DNA from: Clostridia bacterium
GTDB lineage: Bacteria; Bacillota; Sulfobacillia; JAJZYS01; JAJYTV01
Direction of reading: 5' to 3'
NCBI GenBank assembly: GCA_027420455.1
Contig: DAIBJA010000078.1
Coordinates: 5,669-69,668, forward strand
DNA: 64,000 bases
The notes beneath the pieces were generated by a model. That model searched no databases and had not been told where the DNA came from. It was given only the letters and a program-made list of their open reading frames with translations. A program made the position numbers and the translations under genes. Shown in pieces: positions 27,733 through 38,815 of this stretch. Each line of letters starts with the position of its first letter. The stretch's first letter is position 1.

Positions 27733-28599
27733 CTAGCCGAGCAGCTTCTTGACTGCCGGCGCCACTTCCCACGGCATCTCGACGACCGTCACGCCGGCGG
27801 CCTCGAGCGCCTTGCGCTTGCTCTCGAGGGTGCCGCGGCCCCGCTCGATGATGGCGCCTGCGTGCCCCATGCGCTTGCCTGGAGGCGCCGCACGGCCCGC
27901 CAAGTAGGCGACGACCGGCTTCGTCATCGTCTTGATGAACTCCGCAGCCTCTTCCTCCGCACTGCCGCCGATCTCGCCGACCAGCACGCAGGCCTTGGTC
28001 TCGGTGTCCTTCTCGAACTGGTGCAGGATGTCGTTGAACACCTGACCGACGACCGGGTCGCCGCCCATGCCAATTGCCGTTGACTGGCCAAGACCGGCTT
28101 GGGTCAAGGCGGCGGCAATCTCGTAGGACAGCGTTCCCGAGCGCGCAACCAGGCCGACGGGCCCTGGGGCATAGATGTGGTTCGGCATGATGCCCATCTT
28201 GGCCTTACCGGGCGAGATGACACCGTAGGTGTTCGGGCCCACGACCTTCGCACCGCGGAAGCGCGCGTACTCCACGATCAGGATCGAGTCCTGCACCGGG
28301 ATGTGCTCGGGGATCATGACGACCACCTTGCAGCCGGCGTCGATGGCCTCGAACGCCGCGTCCTTGGCGAACGCCGCCGGCACGAACACGATCGACGCGT
28401 TCGCGCCACGCTCCAGCACAGCCTCGCGCACCGATGCGAAGACCGGGATTCCGTCATGGTCCTGTCCGTACTTGTTCGGCGAGGTGCCGGCCACCACGTT
28501 GGTGCCGTACTTGACCATCTGGCCGGTGTGGAAACTGCCCTGGTTGCCGGTCATGCCCTGCACGACGACGCGGGTGTCCTGATCGATGATGATCGCCAT
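27733..28599 (-). CDS. sucD: succinyl-CoA synthetase alpha subunit
   Basis: Reads MAIIIDQDTRVVVQGMTGNQGSFH...; the phosphohistidine loop reads PGKRMGHAGAII. Confidence 0.95.
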   Translation of the reverse strand: MAIIIDQDTRVVVQGMTGNQGSFHTGQMVKYGTNVVAGTSPNKYGQDHDGIPVFASVREAVLERGANASIVFVPAAFAKDAAFEAIDAGCKVVVMIPEHIPVQDSILIVEYARFRGAKVVGPNTYGVISPGKAKMGIMPNHIYAPGPVGLVARSGTLSYEIAAALTQAGLGQSTAIGMGGDPVVGQVFNDILHQFEKDTETKACVLVGEIGGSAEEEAAEFIKTMTKPVVAYLAGRAAPPGKRMGHAGAIIERGRGTLESKRKALEAAGVTVVEMPWEVAPAVKKLLG

Positions 28600-28600
28600 G

Positions 28601-29713
28601 CTAGCGCACCTCCCCGGCCAGCTCGACGGCCTTCGCAGCCGCCTCGCTCATCTCGCGGAACGCCTCGATGCCTTCTCGGCGCAGGATCTCCACGCCCTGC
28701 TGCTCGTTCGTGCCGACGAGCCGGACGACGAGCGGCACCGGGATGCCCTGTGTCTGCTTGGCCTGGACGATTGCGTTCGCCACATCATCGCAGCGCGTGA
28801 TGCCGCCGAAGATATTGACGAAGATCGCCTTGGGCTTCATCGACACGAGCACGCCCATGGCCTGGGCAGTGGGTTCGACCGACGCGCCGCCGCCGGCGTC
28901 GAGGAAGTTCGCAGGCTTGCCGCCGAAGTGCTGCAGGGCGTCGAGCGTGGCCATGGCCATGCCGGCGCCGTTGGCCATCACGGCGATGTCGCCGTCAAGC
29001 TGCACGAAGGCGAGGCCGATCTCCTTGACCTTGAGCTCGAGTTCGGTGCCCTCGGCCACAGTGGGCAGATCCTTGTGGCGGAAGAGAGCGGCGTCGTCAA
29101 TGTTGAGCCGCGCGTCCGCAGCGATGACCTTGCCGCCTGAAACGACAAGCGGGTTGATCTCCACAAGCTCGGCGTCCTCCGCGCGGAAGACCTCGTAGAG
29201 CTTCTGCAGAATCACGGCGACCTGCTTCGCGATGTCGCCCTCGAGGCCCATCTCGGCGGCGATGTCCCGGGCCAGGTAGCCCTGCATGCCGAAGGCCTCG
29301 TCCACATGGCGACGGACGATGTACTTGTCTTCCACGTCTTCGATTTCGACGCCGCCGTGCGAGGAAGCCATGATGAGTGGCTTCCTCGCGTTGCGGTCGA
29401 CCGTGACGGAGACGTAGAACTCCCGCTCGACGTCGATCTTGCCTTCGACGTAGACCTGTTCGACAGTGTAGCCCTTGAGGTTCATGCCGAGGATCTCGGA
29501 AGCGACCTTGCGCCCCTCCTCGGGATTGGTGGCGAACTTGATACCGCCCGCCTTGCCGCGACCCCCGACCAGAACCTGCGCCTTAACGGCCGCAGGGCAG
29601 ATCTCATCGAGAGCCTGGGCGACCTCATCTGGCGTGCGACACAGCACACCCGGGGGCACGGGGATACCTTGCGCCTTGAGGCGCCCCTTCGCGAGATACT
29701 CGTAGAGCTTCAT
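28601..29713 (-). CDS. sucC: succinyl-CoA synthetase beta subunit
   Basis: Reads MKLYEYLAKGRLKAQGIPVP... with an ATP-grasp domain; 370 aa. Confidence 0.95.
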   Translation of the reverse strand: MKLYEYLAKGRLKAQGIPVPPGVLCRTPDEVAQALDEICPAAVKAQVLVGGRGKAGGIKFATNPEEGRKVASEILGMNLKGYTVEQVYVEGKIDVEREFYVSVTVDRNARKPLIMASSHGGVEIEDVEDKYIVRRHVDEAFGMQGYLARDIAAEMGLEGDIAKQVAVILQKLYEVFRAEDAELVEINPLVVSGGKVIAADARLNIDDAALFRHKDLPTVAEGTELELKVKEIGLAFVQLDGDIAVMANGAGMAMATLDALQHFGGKPANFLDAGGGASVEPTAQAMGVLVSMKPKAIFVNIFGGITRCDDVANAIVQAKQTQGIPVPLVVRLVGTNEQQGVEILRREGIEAFREMSEAAAKAVELAGEVR

Positions 29714-29726
29714 GCCACTGTCCTTT

Positions 29727-30965
29727 CTACGCTTGGCCTTCCTTCTCGCGCGTCAGCTCGATGCAGTGCTCCGCGACCTCGGCAGGGTCCACCACGCGGC
29801 GCGCGAGCCCCTCCTTGATCGCCTGCTCTGCAACAGCCTTCGCGACGGCCGGTGCCACGCGCCGGTCGAGCGGCGCCGGGATCACATAGTCGGCGCGGAG
29901 CTCCTGATCCGTGATCAGGGCGGCGATGGCACGGGCAGCAGCCTGCTTCATGCCCTCTGTGATCCTGCGCGCACGCACATCCAGCGCGCCACGGAAAACG
30001 CCCGGGAATCCGAGCACGTTGTTGATCTGGTTGGCGAAGTCGGAACGCCCGGTGCCGACGACCGCCGCACCCACTTCGACCGCCTGGACTGGCCAGATCT
30101 CCGGGACCGGGTTCGCGAGAGCGAACACGATGGAGTCCTTGCGCATCGGCCGCAGCATATCCATCGTCACGGCACCGGCCGAGGAGAGCCCGACAAACGC
30201 GTCCGCCTCGACGAGAGCGTCGGCAAGGGTTCCCTTGATACCCCGCGGGTTCGTCTCCTCGGCGACGACTTCCTTCTCCGGGTTGAGGCCGGGCCGGCCC
30301 TTGTAGATCGCGCCCTGCCGGTCGCAGAGGATGATGTCCTTGGCGCCAAGGTCGCGCAACATGCGGGAAACCATGATGCCAGACGCACCGGCGCCGTTGA
30401 ACACGATGCGAACGTCCTCGATATTCTTCTTGACGACGCGCAAGGCGTTCAGGAAGGCGGCGCCGACCACGATGGCCGTACCGTGCTGGTCGTCGTGGAA
30501 AACCGGAATATCCAGTTCTTCCTTGAGGCGACGCTCCAGCTCGAAGCACCTCGGTGCGGACACATCCTCCACGTTGACGCCGCCGAAGCCCGGCTCAAGC
30601 AGCTTCATGACCTCGACGATCTTGTCGACGTCCTGTGTGTTGACGAGCACCGGGAAGGCATCGACGCCGCCGAACGCCTTGAAGAGAACTGCCTTGCCCT
30701 CCATGACGGGAAGGCCTGCGCCCGGGCCGATGTCGCCGAGGCCGAGGACGGCCGAGCCGTCGGTCAGGATGGCAACCAGGTTGCCGCGGTTGGTGTAGTC
30801 GAAAATCGAATCCGGCTCGATCTGGATCTGCTTGCACGGTTCCGCCACGCCCGGCGTGTACGCGAGCGACAGGTCCTGCTGGTCGCGGAGCGGAACGCGG
30901 CTCGTGACTTCGATCTTGCCGTGGTGGATGCGGTGGTACTCGAGCGCCTCTTCACGCAGTCTCAT
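29727..30965 (-). CDS. NAD(P)-dependent malic enzyme (short form)
   Basis: Reads LEYHRIHHGKIEV...LSLAYTPGVAEPC...NGAGASG; 412 aa. Confidence 0.85.
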   Translation of the reverse strand: MRLREEALEYHRIHHGKIEVTSRVPLRDQQDLSLAYTPGVAEPCKQIQIEPDSIFDYTNRGNLVAILTDGSAVLGLGDIGPGAGLPVMEGKAVLFKAFGGVDAFPVLVNTQDVDKIVEVMKLLEPGFGGVNVEDVSAPRCFELERRLKEELDIPVFHDDQHGTAIVVGAAFLNALRVVKKNIEDVRIVFNGAGASGIMVSRMLRDLGAKDIILCDRQGAIYKGRPGLNPEKEVVAEETNPRGIKGTLADALVEADAFVGLSSAGAVTMDMLRPMRKDSIVFALANPVPEIWPVQAVEVGAAVVGTGRSDFANQINNVLGFPGVFRGALDVRARRITEGMKQAAARAIAALITDQELRADYVIPAPLDRRVAPAVAKAVAEQAIKEGLARRVVDPAEVAEHCIELTREKEGQA

Positions 30966-30968
30966 CTA

Positions 30969-31895
30969 TCAAAACCCCAGTACCGAAAGAGGCTCACGCA
31001 CTCCCTTCACAGAGTTGCGGAACGCCTCAGCCTCTTCCGATGTGAATTGGATCTCGAAGATCTTCTCCACGCCGCCTCGCCCGATCAGAGCGGGAACGCC
31101 GACGTAGATGTCCTTCTCGCCGTACTGGCCGTCCAGGTGGGCGATGACCGGGATGACACGCTTCTGGTCTCCGAGCACGGCCTCGACCATCTCCGCAACC
31201 GATGCACCCGGTGCGAAGTAGGCGCTGCCGCTCTTGAGCAGGTTGACGATCTCTCCGCCGCCGGTGCGCGTACGCTTGACGATTGCATCGAGGCGGTCCT
31301 TCGGAACCAGGGTCTCGATGGGAATGCCACCGACCGATGAGTACCGCGTGAGCGGTACCATCTGGTCGCCGTGGCCGCCCATGACGAACGCTACGACATC
31401 CTTCGGCGAGACGCCGAGTTCCGCCGCGAGGAAGACGCGGAAGCGAGCGGAGTCGAGCACGCCAGCCATGCCCATGACGCGTTCCGCGGGCAGCCCCGTG
31501 GCCTTCCACGTTACGTAGGTCATGACGTCCGCGGGGTTCGTCACCACCACGAAGACTGCGTCCGGCGATGCCTCGGCCGCCTTCTTGACCACTTGCGCCA
31601 CCACGTCGTTGTTCATGGTCAGCAGGTCGTCGCGGCTCATGCCGGGCTTGCGCGCGAAGCCTGCCGTCACGACGACCACGGAGGACCCGGCGGTTGCCGA
31701 GTAATCCTGGTCCCCGACGACCTTGATGGAAGCGCCGGTGATCGGCGTGGCCTCGTAGAGGTCCAGAGCCTTGCCCTGCGGGATGCCTTCGACGACGTCT
31801 ACGAGTACGACGTCACAGATGTTGCGGGCCATGAGCCAGTGGGCCGTGGTTGCGCCGACGTTGCCGGCGCCGATGATCGTGACCTTGTCGCGCAT
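30969..31895 (-). CDS. mdh: malate dehydrogenase (LDH-like type)
   Basis: Reads KVTIIGAGNVGATTAHWL...VVVTAGFARKPGMSRDDL...GGHGD. Confidence 0.9.
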   Translation of the reverse strand: MRDKVTIIGAGNVGATTAHWLMARNICDVVLVDVVEGIPQGKALDLYEATPITGASIKVVGDQDYSATAGSSVVVVTAGFARKPGMSRDDLLTMNNDVVAQVVKKAAEASPDAVFVVVTNPADVMTYVTWKATGLPAERVMGMAGVLDSARFRVFLAAELGVSPKDVVAFVMGGHGDQMVPLTRYSSVGGIPIETLVPKDRLDAIVKRTRTGGGEIVNLLKSGSAYFAPGASVAEMVEAVLGDQKRVIPVIAHLDGQYGEKDIYVGVPALIGRGGVEKIFEIQFTSEEAEAFRNSVKGVREPLSVLGF

Positions 31896-31898
31896 GCT

Positions 31899-33116
31899 TC
31901 AGCCCTCCATCCGGCGGATGATCTCGGCACCGAACTCGGATGACTTGAGTCCCTCGGAACGATCGACGGTGAGGTCATAGGTGACCTTGCCCGCCTTGAT
32001 CGTCTCTTCCACGCCCTTGACTATCAGGGCAGCGGCCTCGTTCCATCCCAGGTACTCGAGCATCATCACGCCCGAGAGGATGACCGAGCCAGGGTTGACC
32101 TTGTCCTGTCCGGCGTACTTGGGCGCCGTACCGTGGGTTGCCTCGAACACGGCGTAGCCGTCGGACATGTTGGCGCCTGGCGCAATGCCGATGCCTCCGA
32201 CCTGCGCGGCCAGGGCGTCGGACATGTAGTCGCCGTTGAGGTTCGGTGTTGCGATCACGTCGTAGAGTTGCGGCCGCAGCAGGATCTGCTGGAACATGTT
32301 GTCCGCGATGACATCCTGGATCAGGATCTTGCCGTCAGGCTGCTTGCCGCCAGCCTCCTGCATCTCCTGCCACGTGATGATCTTGTCGCGGAACTCCTCC
32401 TTGGCCACCTCGTAGCCCCACTCGCGGAAAGCGCCCTCGGTGTACTTCATGATGTTTCCCTTGTGCACCAAGGTCACGTTCTTGCGACCCTGATCGATCG
32501 CGTACTGGATCGCCTTGCGCACGAGGCGCTTGGAGCCGAAGGGGGAGATCGGTTTGATGCCGATGCCCGAGCCCTCCCGCACCGGACGGCCAAGCTCCTT
32601 GAGCAGCTCCGCCAGACGGCGGTTCTCGTCGGTGCCTGCGGGCCATTCGATGCCGGAATACACGTCCTCGGTATTCTCGCGGAAGATCACCATGTTGGTG
32701 CGCTCCGGGTGCTTGAGCGGCGAGGGCACTCCCTCGAAGTACCGGATAGGGCGCACGCAGGCGTAGAGGTCCAGTTCGCGCCGCAGCATGACGTTGAGCG
32801 AGCGGATGCCGCCCCCCACCGGGGTCGTCAAGGGTCCCTTGATCCCCACCCGGTATTCACGGAAGGCGTCCAGCGTCTCATCGGGCATCCACGAGCCGAA
32901 CTTCTCGAACGCGGCCTCACCTGCGTAGACCTGCAGCCATGCTATCTTGCGCTTGCCGCCGTAGGCGCGGCGTACCGCGGCGTCCATCACCGCCTGCGAA
33001 GGCGGCCAGATGTCGACGCCCGTGCCATCGCCTTCGATGTAGGGCAAGACAGGGTTGTCGGGTACCTCGATGCGTCCATCGACGAAGCGGATCTTCTCAC
33101 CTTCGGCGTTCTTCAA
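31899..33116 (-). CDS. icd: NADP-dependent isocitrate dehydrogenase
   Basis: Reads [19 protein letters not shown]..., [11 protein letters not shown] and [12 protein letters not shown]. Confidence 0.95.
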   Translation of the reverse strand: MKNAEGEKIRFVDGRIEVPDNPVLPYIEGDGTGVDIWPPSQAVMDAAVRRAYGGKRKIAWLQVYAGEAAFEKFGSWMPDETLDAFREYRVGIKGPLTTPVGGGIRSLNVMLRRELDLYACVRPIRYFEGVPSPLKHPERTNMVIFRENTEDVYSGIEWPAGTDENRRLAELLKELGRPVREGSGIGIKPISPFGSKRLVRKAIQYAIDQGRKNVTLVHKGNIMKYTEGAFREWGYEVAKEEFRDKIITWQEMQEAGGKQPDGKILIQDVIADNMFQQILLRPQLYDVIATPNLNGDYMSDALAAQVGGIGIAPGANMSDGYAVFEATHGTAPKYAGQDKVNPGSVILSGVMMLEYLGWNEAAALIVKGVEETIKAGKVTYDLTVDRSEGLKSSEFGAEIIRRMEG

Positions 33117-33148
33117 TGTACGGCTACCCTCCTGTTTCCAAAGAACGC

Positions 33149-33176
33149 CCCCGGTGGGGCGGCAGCCCCACCGGGG
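33149..33176 (-). terminator. hairpin between citrate synthase and icd (terminator/attenuator)
   Basis: CCCCGGTGGGGC-GGCA-GCCCCACCGGGG, a perfect 12-bp stem. On the minus strand it is followed by GCGTTCTTTGG. Confidence 0.55.
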
Positions 33177-33188
33177 AGCGACGGGGCG

Positions 33189-34316
<1,128 letters not shown>

Positions 34317-34495
34317 GCTCCGACCATCCCTTCCCCAGAAAACACGGGTCTTTGCCGATTGGTCCCGCTCCGTGGTTCATTGTACCACCGGGAGGGGAGA
34401 AAGAAAGACGAGGCACCCGGCGGGGGCGGGCATTAGGGCCAACTGGACCCCGCGCTCGCGCCCGAACGGACAGCCGGGTGCTAAGCTCTGCGGTT

Positions 34496-35161
34496 TTAGG
34501 GAAGGTCGGCGCCCTGATAGGCCGGTACGGAAAGCGCTTTGGACGTCCTGATCTTGATCCCGATGCCGACGGCCTGCAGCGTGTCGACCACGCCTCCACG
34601 CAAGAGAAGCGCCTGGCGCAGGGTGGTAGCGTTGCCGAGGGCCAGGATCGTGAACGGTGGCGCAGAAGGTGTGTTGTTGATCGAGAAGATGGAGCCGGCC
34701 TCGCGCACCTCGGTGGTGGCAACGACGCGCTGCCCGTTGATGGACAAGGCGTAAGCGCCGGCTGCCCTCAGCTCGTTCAGGATGCTGAGCACGTCGGTGT
34801 CGTGGATGGCAAAGATCCCCTGGCTGCCGGGGCCGCCCGGCGGTTCCGACATCACCACCTCGACACCGGGTCCCGCCACAGGTGTCAAGCCGGCTTCGGC
34901 TCTCGCCTGGTCAAGTTGCTGCACGAGATCCTTGTAGCGCGCGACGCCTTGGTCACGCCGCAAGATCTGCGCCTTAAGGGCGGCGAGCTCCTTTGCCAAC
35001 TGGTGATTCTGCTGCTCGGCCCGGAGCAGGAGCACGGCCATGTCGCCCACGTTCTCCGGCCCGACAGCCGGCACGCCGCGGTCGACGCGGAACTGGACGC
35101 CGAGCAGGATGCCCAGGAGGAGCAGCATCCCAAGCATGCCCCACATCTGCCGGCCCTTCAT
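34496..35161 (-). CDS. DUF881 domain protein
   Basis: N-terminal TM segment and coiled coil, then GPGVEVVM...IHDTDVLSILNELRAAGAYALSINGQRV, typical of DUF881. Confidence 0.7.
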   Translation of the reverse strand: MKGRQMWGMLGMLLLLGILLGVQFRVDRGVPAVGPENVGDMAVLLLRAEQQNHQLAKELAALKAQILRRDQGVARYKDLVQQLDQARAEAGLTPVAGPGVEVVMSEPPGGPGSQGIFAIHDTDVLSILNELRAAGAYALSINGQRVVATTEVREAGSIFSINNTPSAPPFTILALGNATTLRQALLLRGGVVDTLQAVGIGIKIRTSKALSVPAYQGADLP

Positions 35162-35165
35162 GCCT

Positions 35166-35327
35166 TCAGGCCTCTCCTTCTGGCTCCTCGTCGTCGCGCA
35201 TGGCGTCCACCTGCTGTTGCAGGTCCCGGGTCCGGCGCCAGACGTTGGTCACGAACAGGAAGATCAGGATGAACACCGCCGAGTACGCAAAGAAGACGTA
35301 CTCAAGAAACTGCTTCTCCACCGCCAC
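35166..35327 (-). CDS. ccmD: heme exporter protein D-like small membrane protein
   Basis: 53 aa with a single TM (YVFFAYSAVFILIFLFVTNVW) followed by RR. GGGGGA lies 7 nt before GTG 35327. It sits directly after ccmC. Confidence 0.55.
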   Translation of the reverse strand: MAVEKQFLEYVFFAYSAVFILIFLFVTNVWRRTRDLQQQVDAMRDDEEPEGEA

Positions 35328-35343
35328 CCTAAAGTCCCCCCGT

Positions 35344-36021
35344 TCAGTAGCCCAGGCGTCCGAGGCGCCGAGCCCTGCGCTCTTGCAGTTCCTGGCGCAC
35401 CTTGTCCTGGAAGGCACGCAAATAGATGAGATCAAGTGCGAGCACAAGCGTAGCGAAGAAGAACACCATGACGGCAATGAACATCTGCGGCGTAATGTTC
35501 ATGCCTGTGTCCGTGAAAACGACTGGATGGATGCTCCGCCACCACCGCACGCTCAGGTAGACGATCGGCACATCGACAAAGATGATCAGCGCGTACACGG
35601 CGCTGTACACCCGGCGTTTGGTCTCGTCATCCATGGCCTGGCGCAGCAGGAGATATCCGATATAGAGGAACCACATGATGGCCGTCGTCGTCAGGCGGGG
35701 GTCCCACGTCCAGAAGGCGCCCCAGGCGACGCGCGCCCAGAGCATGCCGGACGCCAGGGTGGCCGTCGTCATGAGAATACCGACTTCTGCCGACGCCTGG
35801 GCAAAGCGGTCGGTCTCCATCTTGCCCTTGCGGCGCATCAGCACCAGGAGGGAAAGGACGAAGTTCGCGGTCATGGCCAGAAGCGCTGTCCACGCCATGC
35901 CAAGGTGGATGTAGAAGATGCGGTAGGAAACACCGAGCGCGCGTACGTCCGGGACCCAGATCAGCGCAAGATAGAGCCCCACCACCCAGAGCGGCAGCGA
36001 GAGCCAGCGCACGTAGCGCAT
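35344..36021 (-). CDS. ccmC: heme exporter protein C
   Basis: Trp-rich WGAFWTWDPRLTT motif with flanking His residues; 225 aa. Confidence 0.85.
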   Translation of the reverse strand: MRYVRWLSLPLWVVGLYLALIWVPDVRALGVSYRIFYIHLGMAWTALLAMTANFVLSLLVLMRRKGKMETDRFAQASAEVGILMTTATLASGMLWARVAWGAFWTWDPRLTTTAIMWFLYIGYLLLRQAMDDETKRRVYSAVYALIIFVDVPIVYLSVRWWRSIHPVVFTDTGMNITPQMFIAVMVFFFATLVLALDLIYLRAFQDKVRQELQERRARRLGRLGY

Positions 36022-36024
36022 GTC

Positions 36025-36687
36025 CTACACCTCCGTCAGATACTCGAAAAGAAGCAGCGGAACCAAAGTGAAGATGCCGTCGAATGCGGCCATCAGCCAG
36101 AGCCAACTCCCCAGCTGTGATGGATTCTTGCCATAGAGGGCGTTGGTCGCGTTCACAGCGCCCAGCAGGAGTGGCGAGGTGAACGGTAGCAGGAGCGCCG
36201 GGAGCAGCAACTCGCGTAGACGCGTCTGCACCGTAAGGGCGCCCATCGCGCTGCCCGCTGCCGCGAAGCCCACGACACCGAGCACGAGCGTCCAGAGGAA
36301 GAGCCACGTGGCATGAGGCAGCGCGACTCCGAGCAGGAGCGAGAAGGCTGGGGTGAGGACTGCGGTGAGCACGAGGGTGAGGAGGATGTTGAGCGCCAGC
36401 TTCGAGAGGAAGATGGCACCGCGATCGATGGGGGCCATCAGCAGTTGCTGACCAGCCTCCGCTTCCACGCCGAACGCTCTCCCTACGGCGAGGAAACTCG
36501 AGAAGAAGATGCCGAGCCAGAGAAGCCCAGGAAACATCGGCCGCAGCACCTGCTGCCCGCCATCAAAGGCGAAGCCGTAGAGCATCGCGATGATAAGGCC
36601 GAAGATGGCCGCAGGCAGGAGAAGTTCTCGTCCGCGCAATTCCAGGCTGAGATCTTTCCAAAACAGCCAAACGGCCGCCCTCAGCAA
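36025..36687 (-). CDS. ccmB: heme exporter protein B
   Basis: 220-aa six-TM protein between ccmA and ccmC. N-terminus reads FWKDLSLELRGRE. Confidence 0.8.
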   Translation of the reverse strand: MLRAAVWLFWKDLSLELRGRELLLPAAIFGLIIAMLYGFAFDGGQQVLRPMFPGLLWLGIFFSSFLAVGRAFGVEAEAGQQLLMAPIDRGAIFLSKLALNILLTLVLTAVLTPAFSLLLGVALPHATWLFLWTLVLGVVGFAAAGSAMGALTVQTRLRELLLPALLLPFTSPLLLGAVNATNALYGKNPSQLGSWLWLMAAFDGIFTLVPLLLFEYLTEV

Positions 36688-37391
36688 AGTCCCCCGCCTC
36701 CGAGCGCTTCCCCCAAGACCTGCTCAAACGTGGCGCGCGGCGTGTCGGCGATCGGCGCCATGTACGACACCCGGCCCCTGCTCAGGACCATGACATCCGT
36801 TGCCAAGCCGAGCGCCCGCTCGGTCTCGTGCGTCGCCAGCAGAGCCGCCCCGCCCGCGGCGCAATGCTCCCTCACGAGGCGGTCAAGAAGCTCCTGTCCC
36901 CTGCGGTCCAGGCTCTGGTGCGGTTCATCGAGCAGCAGGAGCTCGGGCCGGTGCATCAGCGTCCTGGCGAGGCCGAGCCGCTGTCGCATGCCGGCGGAGT
37001 AACTGCGTACAAGGGTATGCCGGAACGGTGCGAGCCCCACTCGGCGCAGTTCCTCGACTGCGCGCTCCTTCACGTCCTGGAGCCTGTAGAGGCGTGCATG
37101 GAGCAGAAGGTTCTCGTACCCGGTGAGACCAAGAAATACACCCGGGTCGTGCCCAAGGTAGCCCAGGCGGCGTCGCAGCGCAAGGTCGTCCACCGCTGCC
37201 TCGCCACCGAAGAGACTGAGGCTGCCAGCGGTAGGCGTGCGCTGCAGGGAGAGAAGGCTCAGGAGCGACGTCTTGCCGGCGCCATTGGCGCCAAAGAGGG
37301 CGAGGCAGCGGCCGGCACCCAAAGTGAACGACACGCCGCGCAGTACGCGGCGGTCGCCAAGTTGCAGCCTGAGATCCCGCGCCTCAAGCAT
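36681..37391 (-). CDS. ccmA: heme exporter ATP-binding protein A
   Basis: Walker A GANGAGKTS, signature YSAGMRQR and Walker B LLLLDEP. Start ATG 37391 overlaps the upstream stop codon. Confidence 0.85.
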   Translation of the reverse strand: MLEARDLRLQLGDRRVLRGVSFTLGAGRCLALFGANGAGKTSLLSLLSLQRTPTAGSLSLFGGEAAVDDLALRRRLGYLGHDPGVFLGLTGYENLLLHARLYRLQDVKERAVEELRRVGLAPFRHTLVRSYSAGMRQRLGLARTLMHRPELLLLDEPHQSLDRRGQELLDRLVREHCAAGGAALLATHETERALGLATDVMVLSRGRVSYMAPIADTPRATFEQVLGEALGGGGLC

Positions 37392-38001
37392 GGGCGCGCC
37401 AGCGCAGCCGTCGCAACATGACATAGCCCACGACCGCGACGGGTACCACCCAGAGCCAAGGCAACGCGCTTTGCCATGGGCTTCCGGTCGATTGCTGCTG
37501 ATACTGCAGGTTCAGCAGCAGGTCGCTTCCGATGCCCTTGGCGCTATAGACAGCGTAGTCGCTTCCATCCCACACGGTGGGCGGCGCAGGCGAAAACTTC
37601 TGGTTCAGAATGACGGGCAGGGTCAGACCCTTGCCGACCAGGATCCAGAGGACGCCGACCTTGGTCGGGAACGCCCAGTGCAGCGAAAGGCCGCTCTTCG
37701 GCATGCGCACGTAGAACTTGACCTGCGCCGACCCGACACCCGCCGGCACCGTGAAGCGCCCTTGCACAAGAGCCGCGAGACCGGCCGGCACGCTTGCGTT
37801 GTAGGCCCCCGGCCAGATGGCGAAGACGCCCTTGCCCGGCTGCGACACAGTCTCCGTCACCGATATGGTGTTGTTCCCGGCGCGGTCGAGTACCGCCATG
37901 GCAAACGGTTCCTGCGGAGCGGACGCCGCAACCGGCAGAGCATAAAGCAAGGTCAGGCCCAGTCCGGCAGCTGCCAGAAGAAGCCTAACTCTGCTTGGCA
38001 T
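37384..38001 (-). CDS. hypothetical exported protein with C-terminal membrane anchor, embedded in ccm operon
   Basis: Signal peptide MPSRVRLLLAAAGLGLTLLYALPVAASA, a C-terminal TM LPWLWVVPVAVVGYVML and then RRLRWR. It overlaps ccmE (17 nt) and ccmA (8 nt). Confidence 0.6.
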   Translation of the reverse strand: MPSRVRLLLAAAGLGLTLLYALPVAASAPQEPFAMAVLDRAGNNTISVTETVSQPGKGVFAIWPGAYNASVPAGLAALVQGRFTVPAGVGSAQVKFYVRMPKSGLSLHWAFPTKVGVLWILVGKGLTLPVILNQKFSPAPPTVWDGSDYAVYSAKGIGSDLLLNLQYQQQSTGSPWQSALPWLWVVPVAVVGYVMLRRLRWRAHA

Positions 38002-38413
38002 GCTTGACGCCCGCCTGAATCGGCGTGGCGGGCTGGTAATGCGATGGGCACTTCATGAGAAGACTTTGCGCCACAAAGGTGCCACCGGCGTCGAGGCGAC
38101 CATCGGCGATGGCCTGCACGTCAGGCGCGCCGAAGGTATCGGGCTCGACACCGTGATAGACCACGCGCACCGTCTGTCCGCCCCCGCGCATCAGAAAGCT
38201 AAGGTAATTGCGCTGGGGGTCGTATACAACGGTCTTGCCGATCACCGTCCCGGCCACACGCACTTCGGATGTGCCGAGGAGCGCACGCTGGGAAGCGAGC
38301 TGCGGTACCGTCAGATAGTACTCCGTGAAGTGTCTCAGCCCGTTGACCATGAGGAAGGCGAGCGCGGCGACGACGACGCCAGCCGCGATCCAGAGTCGTG
38401 CCTTGCGCCGCAT
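37985..38413 (-). CDS. ccmE: cytochrome c maturation heme chaperone CcmE, CxxxY variant
   Basis: N-terminal anchor plus OB-fold-like sequence (VRVAGTV...). The C-terminal LLMKCPSHY aligns with the canonical LAKHDENY, so Cys replaces the heme-binding His. Confidence 0.8.
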   Translation of the reverse strand: MRRKARLWIAAGVVVAALAFLMVNGLRHFTEYYLTVPQLASQRALLGTSEVRVAGTVIGKTVVYDPQRNYLSFLMRGGGQTVRVVYHGVEPDTFGAPDVQAIADGRLDAGGTFVAQSLLMKCPSHYQPATPIQAGVKHAKQS

Positions 38414-38488
38414 GTACTACTCACCTTTCTCGGGTGCGCCCTAGGATTCCCTCGGGCCTGTGCCTCATGCGGCACAGGCCCGGCCTCT

Positions 38489-38815
38489 TTACGGCAGAAA
38501 CTTGCGCAGGACGCCCATGAGTTCCGTCATGGCCTCATCCGGATGACCGTCGCGCACCGCGTCGACAATGCAGCCTCGCGTATGATCCTCGAGCAGGATC
38601 AGGCCCACTCGATCCAGCGCGGCCCGCACTGCGGCGATCTGCGTCAGCACCTCCGGGCAATAGCGGTCCTCGTCTATCATGCGACGGATCCCGCGCACCT
38701 GTCCCTCGACGCGGTTCAGACGCTGCTGCAGATCCAGCTTGTCACGACGTGCAACCCCGCTGTGGACATGACACTCATGGCCACGATCTTCCGGTTCATC
38801 CTGCGCGGCAGTCAT
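38489..38815 (-). CDS. CsoR/RcnR-family metal-sensing repressor (C-H-C signature)
   Basis: Reads RLNRVEGQVRGIRRMIDEDRYCPEVLTQIAAVRAALDRVGLILLEDHTRGC. Confidence 0.85.
   Translation of the reverse strand: MTAAQDEPEDRGHECHVHSGVARRDKLDLQQRLNRVEGQVRGIRRMIDEDRYCPEVLTQIAAVRAALDRVGLILLEDHTRGCIVDAVRDGHPDEAMTELMGVLRKFLP

Noticed and set aside
34496-38413. Claiming absence of ccmF/ccmH as part of the variant System I.
   Set aside because: They are absent from this operon but could be encoded elsewhere. A 64-kb window cannot establish genomic absence.
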